From contig CM120644.1 in NCBI GenBank assembly GCA_051362555.1, forward strand, positions 14,592,534-14,656,533: 64,000 nt of DNA. The letters run 5' to 3'. The translations under genes and the position numbers were made by a program. Positions 41,040 to 52,600 of this stretch are shown here, piece after piece (within the stretch, counting starts at the first letter, position 1; each line of letters opens with the position of its first letter). The DNA is from Lingula anatina (Eukaryota > Animalia > Brachiopoda). Below the pieces are notes generated by a model, which worked only from the letters and a program-made list of their open reading frames with translations, ran no database searches and had not been told where the DNA came from.

Positions 41040-41660
41040 TCTGAAAAGTGCAATGATGTAACGTTTAATACATTGGCCATATTTTTGTAATGCTTATCAG
41101 CTCTTACAATGCCTAGAAGAGGATAAGTAAGTATAAGCTCTATGGCAATCATTCTTATTTATGTTAAAAAAAACTATGAGGAACGATGAATCACTTGAGT
41201 GAAAACATTGGGCAAATTGCAAGACCAAAATTTCCTTTTTATGAATCATTTGATGATTTTGATGATTGCTCTTCGCTTTGTTTTATCATCTACTAATGCT
41301 TTTATATTTTTTTATTATTATTTTATTTTATTTTTGCAACTGAAAGAAACTCATTTCAATCAAATGTTTATCATTAAGCATTTTATAGTTTACTTTATGC
41401 TTGTTCGTTGATTCCTTAAGGATTTACACATGTTATCGATATAAATCATTTTATCTGTTATCGTTGTGTTATTCCTATGTTACTTCGTAGCAAATGCGTA
41501 GAATTCTTTGTTATCTAGCAAAAGTCTGAAGTGCTGAATTTAAGGCGACTGCGAAAATGACTCGAAATAGTAGTGAAAATTTATGCGCTTACAGAAGAAA
41601 TATTTAGGACCGAGAATGGGCGAGACTCGCGTCTTGACATATCTGGGACGCCTACAGCAT

Positions 41661-41916
41661 TTGGGGGGGGGGGGGGGTGTCAGGGGGGTCCTGACCCCCC
41701 TTGTATTTCTGAAATAATCACACCAATGGTCCCCTCTTCAAATTAAAAATTTGACCAGCCAAATCATAGTTCTAAACCGTATACCAAATGGCACCTTCCG
41801 CTCTTTAAAATACCAAAAAATTTCCAACGCCAAGGGAGGGGGGGGGGAGAGGTCGGCTTCGCATCCGCGGACCCCCCCCCCCCCCCCCCCTGCAAATAAT
41901 CCTGGATCCGCCCCTG
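41661..41916. repeat. Dispersed G/C-tract-rich repeat (CAGGGGCGGAT-type end); second copy at 60469-60719
   Basis: Shared blocks AAATCATAGTTCTA, CCAAATGGCA, TAAAATACCAAAA, CCGCGGACCCCC and CAAATAATCCTG in both copies. Ends GGATCCGCCCCTG and CAGTGGCGGAT. Confidence 0.65.
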
Positions 41917-43563
41917 TACAGAAACAGTGAGCTTCGGTCTTGTTCTATCCAAGTGACTTTGATATCTATTTGAAGCGTGTATTTATCGAACCCACCCCAT
42001 AGTGAGAAGATATCAGTCATCAAATTCTACAGTATGCTTGTCTTGGATCAACAAAAGACACGTTAAGGCCAATTCCCGGTTTTATACTGCCCTCCTGTTA
42101 AAACTCGTCTACTCCATCTCGTCCCGAGGGTCTTCAGATGTTTGCTGACAAGTTACCAAGCATGATTTTTATTTATTATTTTTTTATGTGAATTTTTATA
42201 AAACCGACGCCCAGACAAACACATTTGCTGTCTTCAGTTGTTTGTGACCACCATGATACGGACTTAACGATTTAACATATTTAGTCGACTTAATGTGAGG
42301 TCCTTTCTGACACTGTCATCTCCATTTTTTCCCCTCTTTTTCCGTGCCGCCATGACATAAATAAACTCAATGATTAAATCCAGGTTGAACTGATAAATGA
42401 GTTAATTTTAAGCAAGAGAAAACCATTTATGAAAATAGATATTCTAAAGAAAGTATCTATTAATATATTTAGACGACTTTGTGGGAGGCACCTTTGCTTT
42501 CTCAGCACCAAATGATCGCGTGTCCGTCTGATATAGACTTTATGCTCAACATTTTAAGCGATGTCCCGTAATACACCTGCGCCGTCTCCAGTTGTTTGTT
42601 GGTCACAATGATGCAGATTTTTTGATGTGATATATATAAGCGTGACGTATAAGATTATATCCCATAGGAAAGGATTATCTTGTGAATCACAGTGAAATGA
42701 AATGGGCAAAGGGTGAGTTTTCATTTTGAATACTTACGTTTCACCTTTGGCGGTTTTAAAATGTGTACCGTGAGACTGTTTCACGACGTAGATAAGATCT
42801 CACGTAGATTAAGTTTAATCTCTAAGTTATCTCATTAGTGTCTATTATTGTGCAAAATTATTGCATTGCATTGCATTGCATTTTGATTTATTTTCTTAAA
42901 CGAGAGTTTCCGTGGGAATTTCTTTTATTTTTGTATAAGTTGCTTTTGAGTTCGTCTCAAGGGCTTGCTTACATTTTTGAAAAATGATTGTAATATGAAA
43001 TTACTGACGTTTTTTGACAGAGCGGGTATTATTGGAGCTTAAGTTTGTGGTGTGCAGTTAACCCCCCCCCCCCCCCCACACACACACACACACACACGCG
43101 TTTAATTTGGTTTTTATATTAGAGAAAAGACATCAATAACTCTCAGTTTAACTGTTGTTTAAAAGAAACTATTACCATAACTTATAACAGCTGATAAAAT
43201 TATTTGCCGGGCTCCTGATTTTACTGCTTTTGGGTGACTCCACTTTGTACATGATTTTTACTTTTTTATCAACAACGTGCTTTTCGTCTGTCAGCTCCTG
43301 TAATCCTTATACACTGATACAGTGTACAGAACTTTACTCTGGGAGAAGGGAGCACTAGGATGAAAAGGGGTGGATAGGGGAAGGAAAAGGAGGAAAAAAA
43401 TGAACAGCACAGTAGCAAAGGAAGAAAATATTCAGGCCTGTTGTGCCCCGTACCCCACTCCACCTCCCCCATTCGGATTCCCTCCCCGGATCAGCCACTA
43501 AATGAGCCAATAACTATTTCAATAAAACAGACACATTTGCTGTCAGTTGCAGTTGCTCATATT

Positions 43564-43569
43564 TTTATT
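43564..43569 (-). terminator. Polyadenylation signal AATAAA of the micro-exon gene
   Basis: AATAAA on the minus strand about 100 nt after the stop codon. Confidence 0.6.
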
Positions 43570-43667
43570 GAAGCCATTGAAATTTCAAACAGAAATGCGG
43601 TTTGTTCATGCGCCCAGATATCCTATAAATTACACGCAGGTCGGCGATGAATATTGGCTACTTCTTT

Positions 43668-46600
43668 TTAACCGTAGAAAGCTTTGCCGCCAATAAGGTT
43701 CACGTTGCACACCGTGGCGGGATAGTATTTTCCTACTTTAAGGCCAGTGGTGGCAGAGCCCGGAGCACAAGGCTGAAGCAGGGCACGACCGTTGGTGCAA
43801 AAGACCAGAGTGTGTGCGTCCCCGGCGTAGACGCCGTCATACCCGCACTTGCCTAGAATTCAAAGTGCACGTGCTTTAAGGTTGCTTAGTTAATTAATTC
43901 ACCATGCATGTTTTTGCGGTACACTTATAAGAATAAATTATAAGAGTAAATGAAATGTAAAAAGATGTTACATTAACATTAAAAACCAAGCTCGTAAAGC
44001 AAACATCTTTTAAGAGTTCTTTGCATAAGATACAAGACCGCTTGCTGAAACTTTGCAAGGATCTTTTACACCAAAGAAATAAGTGTTGTATACTTGTATC
44101 GATAGTCATGAGTTACTGAATAAAACGTGTCACGTTTTTCTTTTTGAGAGAGAGAGAGAAAGAAAGAGAGTGCACGTGTGTTTTTGAGAGAGAGAGAGAG
44201 AGAGAGAGAGACTCACCAGCATAACTTCCGTGGTAGCGGAATTGTTGGCCATACAGTCCACCTAGGCCGCCGTACCCACCGTGACCGTAACCACCGTAGC
44301 CGCCGAGACCATTAAGTCCATAGCCAAGACCAACCCCAGCTTTCCTAGAAAAAAAAATGTAGACAATTTAGACTTTTAAAGATGCACTAAATTTTGGATA
44401 AACAACATAAATTGAATTTAAATAAATATATTTGCATAAAAATTTTATTATATATGGATATTTTGAGGAAAAACTGCGATAGGCAAGCCTAACCGGCTTT
44501 GGGTGAAAAAAAAAATATAAAAAGGTTGATATTCTGGTTGAAGAAGCATATTCTTTTTATGACACAAATAAGGAAAGTATTAAATGGAAAAGTCAAAATA
44601 CAGGACTTACCCCACACCGCCGACAAGACCAACCCCAGCTTTTCTATAGAGAAAAAAGACAAAAGTGACACATAATGTTCAGATTAATTTTCAATAGATA
44701 CAGATACTGTATAAGAATCGATATCCAAAGATTAACATTATAATTAAAGAAGCATCTTTTTCTGATCTCAAATTATATAAAAAATAAAGGAAAACGTGAT
44801 ATGGGTTGTTATAAAATAGACTTACCCCACACCGCCGACAAGGCCCACTCCGGCTTTTCTATAGAAAATAAAACGGTGTCATTTAAGGTCAGATTATTTT
44901 TTTCACTGGATACACATATACAAGTCAGTATCAGAAGGTTAATATACTAATTAAAGAAGCTTTTTTTTCTGATTACAAATAAGGCAAGAAATAAAGGAAA
45001 AATGAGACATATAGGTGGTTATAAAGTAGACTTACCCTACACCGCCGACAAGACCAACCCCAGCTTTTCTAGAGAAAATAAAACGATGCCATTTAAGGTT
45101 CAGATTATTTTTTCAATGGATACACATATCTAAGTCAGTATCAAAAGGTTAATATTCTAATTAAAGAAGCATTTCTTCTGGTCACAAATAAGGTAAGAAA
45201 TAAACTGAAAAAAGTTGTTGTAAAGTAGACTTACCCTACACCGCCGATGAGGCCAGGCCCAGCTTTTCTAAAAAAAAAAAAGGAAAAATAGTAACATTTT
45301 AGACTAAGATTCATTTTCATTGTAAGCAATAGAAAAACAGGAAATAAGAATTAAAAAGTGGAAATGCTGTTATAACATGGACTTACCCTACAGGACCGAC
45401 AATGGTAGCTCCAACTTTTCTGTGGAAAAAAAGAAGATCTAGTTTTGTATGTATTCACATGCATGAACAAACCTTAGAATTTGCAAAAACCCTGTAATGT
45501 TATGTATTTATCTGAGAAAAAATTATAGGTAGTTCTAATCATACTAGTGCAAATATAGATGATAAAAAGGTGGATGTTTCAATTTAATTGGCATGGACTT
45601 TTGAACTCAAATAACGAAAGAAATGAAAGTTTGAAAATGTTATTTTAAGAGGAACTTACCCTACACCGCCAATAAGGCCAGCACCAGCTTTGCTATAAAA
45701 AAAGGAAACAGCGACATTAAGACAACGATGCAATTACTTTTGGATAGATTATACGTTAAATGTCAAAGACGGAAAACTGTTACTTTTGAAAATTAACATG
45801 TAAAAATAGATAAATCTGCCATCTGGTGGAACGACACTAAGAAGTCTAACAGACAGTTTATAGTTTATTTCTCTTGGAACAGGAAAGGAAATAAATTAAT
45901 AAAAGTTAGAAAATGCGTTATTAACATGATCTTACCCAACGCCGCCATAGCCAACTGCACCAACACTAGAGAGGAAAAGATTTTAGTTCAAAAAGTATTT
46001 CATTTTAAACACATATATTTAAGGCAAGAAATGAAATTACATAAACGTTATAATGTCATGGAATTATCTGAAAAAGTTTCAATCGCACCAGAGTGAAAAA
46101 AATTAGAGCTTTATATGCTAATAAAAAAAGTTATCTTAATACAAATCAGGAAGGACATAATTGAACAGATGTTGTTATGACTGTGCCTTACCCAACAGGG
46201 GCGACAAGACCAGCTCCAGCTTTTCTATAAAAAATAAGATAATGGCGACATTTTAGGTCGTAATTGAATTTCATTTAGATACACACGCTTAAAGACCAAT
46301 GAATACTAAAAACGTTGTAATGCACACGTCAAAAGCATGTTAAAGGAAAATTTAAAAGGAATTAAGAACAGGATTATATATTCAAATTCAGTAAACATTT
46401 TATTTTAAACATAAGGAAGACAAAAATATAACATAAAAACGCCGTAATAACATGGACTTACCCTACAACGCCGCCATAACCAACTCCGCCATATCCAACT
46501 CCAGCTTTTCTAGAAGGGAAAGAAAGAAAAATGTCGATAATAAAGGTGATGAAGCAATTTAGTACCAGATAGACACAATTAAAACATCGAATTGCCCATT

Positions 46601-49600
46601 CACTTAAATTTTGTGGGGTTTATCTGGAAAAGCTGATATAGGTGGTTTCAATCATACTAGATTGACAATAAACAATAAAATGTTTTGTTCTAATCGAAAC
46701 ATTTTCTTTTGAATACGAATAACAAAAGAAAGAAAAGTAAGTGAAAATGCTCTTATAAGATGGACTCACCCCACACCGCCGACAAGGCCAGCTCCAGCTT
46801 TGCTATAAAGATAAAAAAACTGTAGAATTAAGACGGTGTCAAGATGCAATTACTTTTGGATAGACGAATCTGCAAAAACGTTGTTATGTTATGTAATGAT
46901 CCCCTTAAAGCGTTATAGGCAGTTCAAAGTTCACTATGTACTGTGAGTAGAATCAATGAAAAGACTGTTATTCTCATCCAAGAAACATTTTCTTTGGGAA
47001 ACAAGTAAGAAAGATATCATATAGAATAAATACAAAACACACGCTGAGACTTTATTTTAATATTTTCATACCGTTAGCTCTCAGCTTGTGCTTAATTATT
47101 ATCACATATAATTCAACTACCGAGCTGATGAACACTTTTGCAAAAGAAAGATGTCATTTAAAGTTTGAAAAGCGCTGACGTAACATCGACTTACCCAACA
47201 GCGCCGCCATAACCAACTGCACCCACGCTAGAGAGGAAAAAGGTTTAAGATGTATTTTATTCTTAACATGTACAAGAAACGAAACAAATGAAATTGCAAA
47301 AACGTTGTAATATCGTGGACTTTTCTGATAAAATCGTTACGGTCAGTTCGAATCATATTAGAGTTTAAAGAAAAGAATATTCTAACTCACAAGATGTATT
47401 TTCATCTGAACAAAAATCAGGAAGGAAATAAATTAAAATACGGAGTTATAACATGGTCTTACCCTACAGGGCCGACAAGACCAGCTCCAGCTTTTCTACA
47501 GAAAAATAGAAAATGGCGACATTTTAGGTCATGGCCCAATATCGTTTGGATACACAAGCGCCAAAGCTACTGTTTATGAGTAAGCAAGGCAGTGTCATTG
47601 ACTTATCCACAAGAAAATATTTTAAGATATCTCAATCGCGTTAGAAAAGAAAAAATATAAATATATATTCTTATTCGGGAAGATTTTTTGTCAAATACCA
47701 ATGAAGCATTTAAAAATCATTAAAAAAGTGAAAACGCTGTCATAACATGGACTTACCCTACAACGCCGCCATAACCAACTCCGCCATATCCAACTCCGGC
47801 TTTTCTAGAGGGGAAAATAAAAAGGTCTTCACTTTTTTATATAGAGACGCGTATAATACAATGAACATGCAAAAACGCTGTTATTTCATGAAATAAACTG
47901 AAAATGCCGCTATAGGTAGTTCAAATCACACTTGTATAAAAAAGGGAAAAATGATAAAAAGGGTTCACGATACAATCTACGCATTTCATTTTGAACGCAA
48001 AAAAAGTGTAAAAATGCTGTTATGAGATGAACTTACCCTACAGGAGCGACAACGCCAGCACCAGCTTTACTATAAATAAAAAAGAAAAAAGGTTAAGTTA
48101 TGGTGGCGTTTAGATGCAATGTCTTTTGGATAGATAACAAGTGAAAAAACATAACTATGGAAAAAGATGAAATGTTATGAAAAGCCGTTTAGGGATGTTT
48201 CTACTGTACTACAGTGGAACGCAAGGAAGAAAGAAATCAGTTAAATTTTAAAAAAGTCTGTAGGAATATGTACTCACCCTGCAATGCCGCCATAGCCTCC
48301 TACACCAACGCTAGAGGAGAAAAAAGTAAAAACATTTTGGGTTTGAGAGGATTTATTTTTAACATCTAAATTGAAGAAGTAAATGAAAACTAAATGTCGT
48401 TACTGGCAGTCTCAATCGCACCAAAGTGAGAAGAAATAAATTGTTTATATACTAAATCAAGAACCATTTTCATCTGAACATAAATCAGGAAGAAAATAAT
48501 TAGTTTTTTTTTTATAACATGGTCTTCCCCTACAGGGGCGACAAGGCCAGCTCCAGCTTTTCTACAGAAAAAAAAAAGAAAATGGCGACATTTTTTAGGT
48601 AAAGACAAAATTTTATTTGGATACACAAGTGTAAAAAGGAATGATTGCAAGAAAGCTCTAGTACCGTGGTCTTAAAAAAAAACATGTCATAAGAAGTTTG
48701 ACCGCGTTAAAGCAAAAGAAACTATTTTAAAGGCTTATATTCTAATTCAGATGCATTTCATTTCAATCACAATTAAGGCGAAAGGAATTAATTAAAATCC
48801 AAGGACGATATTATAACACGGACTTACCCAATACCGCCGGCAAGTCCAACTCCAGCTTTTCTGGAGAAAAAAAAGAAAGAAAAAACGTCGTCATCGAAGG
48901 TAATTACAAATTTTCATGTATGTATAGACACCTATAAAATTAAATATACTAAAAGACAGTTATTTTATGGACGTGTCTGAAAAAGCTGTTGTAGGCAGTT
49001 CCAATCATACAATAGTGAAAGTAAATGAGCATAATGATAATGACGGTCATATTTTAATTGATAAGCATTTCCTTTTGGGCACCAATAACAAACCAAATGA
49101 AAATAAAGAAATGATGTTATATTCGATTCAAGATGAACATGTTCATTTGAAAAATAATTTAGAAGGAAATGCATGGAAATATGTTGTCATAACATGGTCT
49201 TACCCCACACCACCGATAAGGCCAGCTCCAGCTTTTCTAAATAAAAAAGAAAAATAGTCATGATACAATTTTATTTAGATACACCTTTAGTTCAGTGAGC
49301 ATTCTTATTCAATCCCAAATAAGGCAAAAAATAAATTAAAATGTGAAAACGCAGTAATAATATGTACTTACCCTACAACGCCGCCATAACCAACTCCAGC
49401 TTTTCTGTAAGAAAAAAAAATAGTTGATATCGAAGGTAATGTATTTATGTATACACAAGCGTTAAAATGAATATGCTTATATAATGGCCGTATACTTTAA
49501 AGATATGGCCGTATCCGGAAAACTGTTACAAGGAGCTCCGATCACACTAGAGTGAGAAGTAAAGGTAATGAAAAGGTAGGTGTTTCAGTCTGATAAGCAT

Positions 49601-52600
49601 TTCCTATTAAACACAAATAATGAGAAGGACTTACCCTACACCACCGACAAGGCCGGCTCCAGCTTTACTATAAAGAAAAAAGGAAACATTAAGTCGACGC
49701 AAAAACGTTACTTTTAGACCTATCACACGTAAAAACTGATGCAATAAAGAAAACGGTCCAATGTTTTGAATTGTAGTTGTAGGTAGATCACATAACACTA
49801 CAGTGGTTGAAAATTATATGCAAATATTGATATTCTACACCAAAATGCATTTTCTTTAGAAGACAGATAATAAAGGGTTCAATAAAAGTTTGAAAAACGC
49901 TGTAGTAACATGGACTTACCCTACAACGCCGCCGTAACCTCCCACACCCACGCTAGAGGGGGGAAGAAAGGAGATATTTCATGTCTAATAGATGCATTTT
50001 ATATTAAACATTCTTGAGTAAAGAAGGAAATGAAAATTTAAAACATGCAACCTTTTTCTATTAATCTAACTAGCGTGAAAATAAATGGGAATTTGGTTTT
50101 GTAAATCATGATCCAGGCCCATAGCCAGGGGGGGTTCGGGGGGGTTCGAAAGAACCACCCTTTTTGCTGGGAAAAGGTCCACTCTGGATAAAATTTGACC
50201 TATGTATTTGAGGATTTTATGGTAAAAGGTCCACTTTTTCAGAAAACGAACCCCCCCCCCTCTGAAATTGCTGGCTACGGGCCTGTGATCTGAACCATTT
50301 TCTTTCAAAAACAAACTAGAAAATAAATAAAAACGTGTGGGTATAACATGGTCTTACCCTACAGGGGCTACAAGGCCAGCTCCAGCTTTTCTACAGAAAA
50401 AAAAGAAAGTGGCTTCATTTTAGGTCGTGATGGAATTTTATTTGGATAAACGCGTAAAAAACATATGCAAAAGAAGAGTAATAAAAGACTTATTAGCAAA
50501 AATCTTTTAAGAAGCTTTAATCGAGTTAAAGCGAAAGAAGATAAAAACGTTCATATTTTAATTCAACAGCGATTTAATATCAAATCAAATAAGGCAAAGA
50601 GGAATAACTTAAAATGTGAAAACGCTGTAATAACATGAACTTACCCTGCAACGCCGCCATAACCAACGCCGCCATAACCAACTCCAGCTTTTCTAGAGGG
50701 GAAAGAAAGAAAAACGTCAACATTGAAGGTATTGATGCATTTCCTATATATAGACACGTGCAAAAGCGAATATGCTGAATATGCAGTTACTATCCTACTA
50801 AAGTGAAAACAAATAATAGCAATTATAATAAAGGCTCGTGTTTCAATTTGATAGGGTTTTGAACACAAATCAGGAAATAAATAAATAAATTAAGAGCGCA
50901 TTCTCAACGAATTAAGCCAGGCTTTACAAAGCCGGTGACCTAAAAATGGCGGACGTACATGAAAGAAAAACCGCCTAATCTTTTAATAGTCTCTCCGCCT
51001 CTCACACGCCTCCCCACACGTCGTCCCTGCGGGGTACAGTAATTAAATCTCGGCTCCGAACATTAATATTTCCGTGAATATCTCTGGTGATATTATCTCC
51101 GTAGATAGTCGATTCATTGCTGCTCTACGGGCCAAATTATTCCTTTTTCGTCTCTGTTTTCAAACATAATAGAACAGAAGAGCTTTTTTCCTTCGATCGC
51201 CTTCAGCCGCCATGCTTTCTTCACCACGAGTTTAACTGATGAGCATGCGCACTTAATATTTCTCAGGTAGCTTCCGCATGGCGAACGGAGCCGAGATTTA
51301 ATTACTGTACCCCGCAGGGACGACGTGTGGGGAGGCGGAGAGACTATTAAAAGATTAGGCGGTTTTTCTTTCATGTACGTCCGCCATTTTTAGGTCACCG
51401 GCTTTGTAAAGCCTGGCTTAATCCGTTGAGAATGCGCTCTTTAGTTCAGTGAGCATTCTTATTCAATCCCAAATAAGGCAAAAAATAAATTAAAATGTGA
51501 AAACGCAGTAATAATATGTACTTACCCTACAACGCCGCCATAACCAACTCCAGCTTTTCTGTAAGAAAAAAAAATAGTTGATATCGAAGGTAATGTATTT
51601 ATGTATACACAAGCGTTAAAATGAATATGCTTATATAATGGCCGTATACTTTAAAGATATGGCCGTATCCGGAAAACTGTTACAAGGAGCTCCGATCACA
51701 CTAGAGTGAGAAGTAAAGGTAATGAAAAGGTAGGTGTTTCAGTCTGATAAGCATTTCCTATTAAACACAAATAATGAGAAGGACTTACCCTACACCACCG
51801 ACAAGGCCGGCTCCAGCTTTACTATAAAGAAAAAAGGAAACATTAAGTCGACGCAAAAACGTTACTTTTAGACCTATCACACGTAAAAACTGATGCAATA
51901 AAGAAAACGGTCCAATGTTTTGAATTGTAGTTGTAGGTAGATCACATAACACTACAGTGGTTGAAAATTATATGCAAATATTGATATTCTACACCAAAAT
52001 GCATTTTCTTTAGAAGACAGATAATAAAGGGTTCAATAAAAGTTTGAAAAACGCTGTAGTAACATGGACTTACCCTACAACGCCGCCGTAACCTCCCACA
52101 CCCACGCTAGAGGGGGGAAGAAAGGAGATATTTCATGTCTAATAGATGCATTTTATATTAAACATTCTTGAGTAAAGAAGGAAATGAAAATTTAAAACAT
52201 GCAACCTTTTTCTATTAATCTAACTAGCGTGAAAATAAATGGGAATTTGGTTTTGTAAATCATGATCCAGGCCCATAGCCAGGGGGGGTTCGGGGGGGTT
52301 CGAAAGAACCACCCTTTTTGCTGGGAAAAGGTCCACTCTGGATAAAATTTGACCTATGTATTTGAGGATTTTATGGTAAAAGGTCCACTTTTTCAGAAAA
52401 CGAACCCCCCCCCCCCCCCCCCCTCTGAAATTGCTGGCTACGGGCCTGTGATCTGAACCATTTTCTTTCAAAAACAAACTAGAAAATAAATAAAAACGTG
52501 TGGGTATAACATGGTCTTACCCTACAGGGGCTACAAGGCCAGCTCCAGCTTTTCTACAGAAAAAAAAAGAAAGTGGCTTCATTTTAGGTCGTGATGGAAT

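Noticed and set aside
44478-44503. Possible decayed micro-exon (minus strand AAAGCCGGTTAGGCTTGCC)
   Set aside because: It resembles the KAG...GLA start but has no AG acceptor, no GT donor and an in-frame stop. Too short to distinguish from chance.
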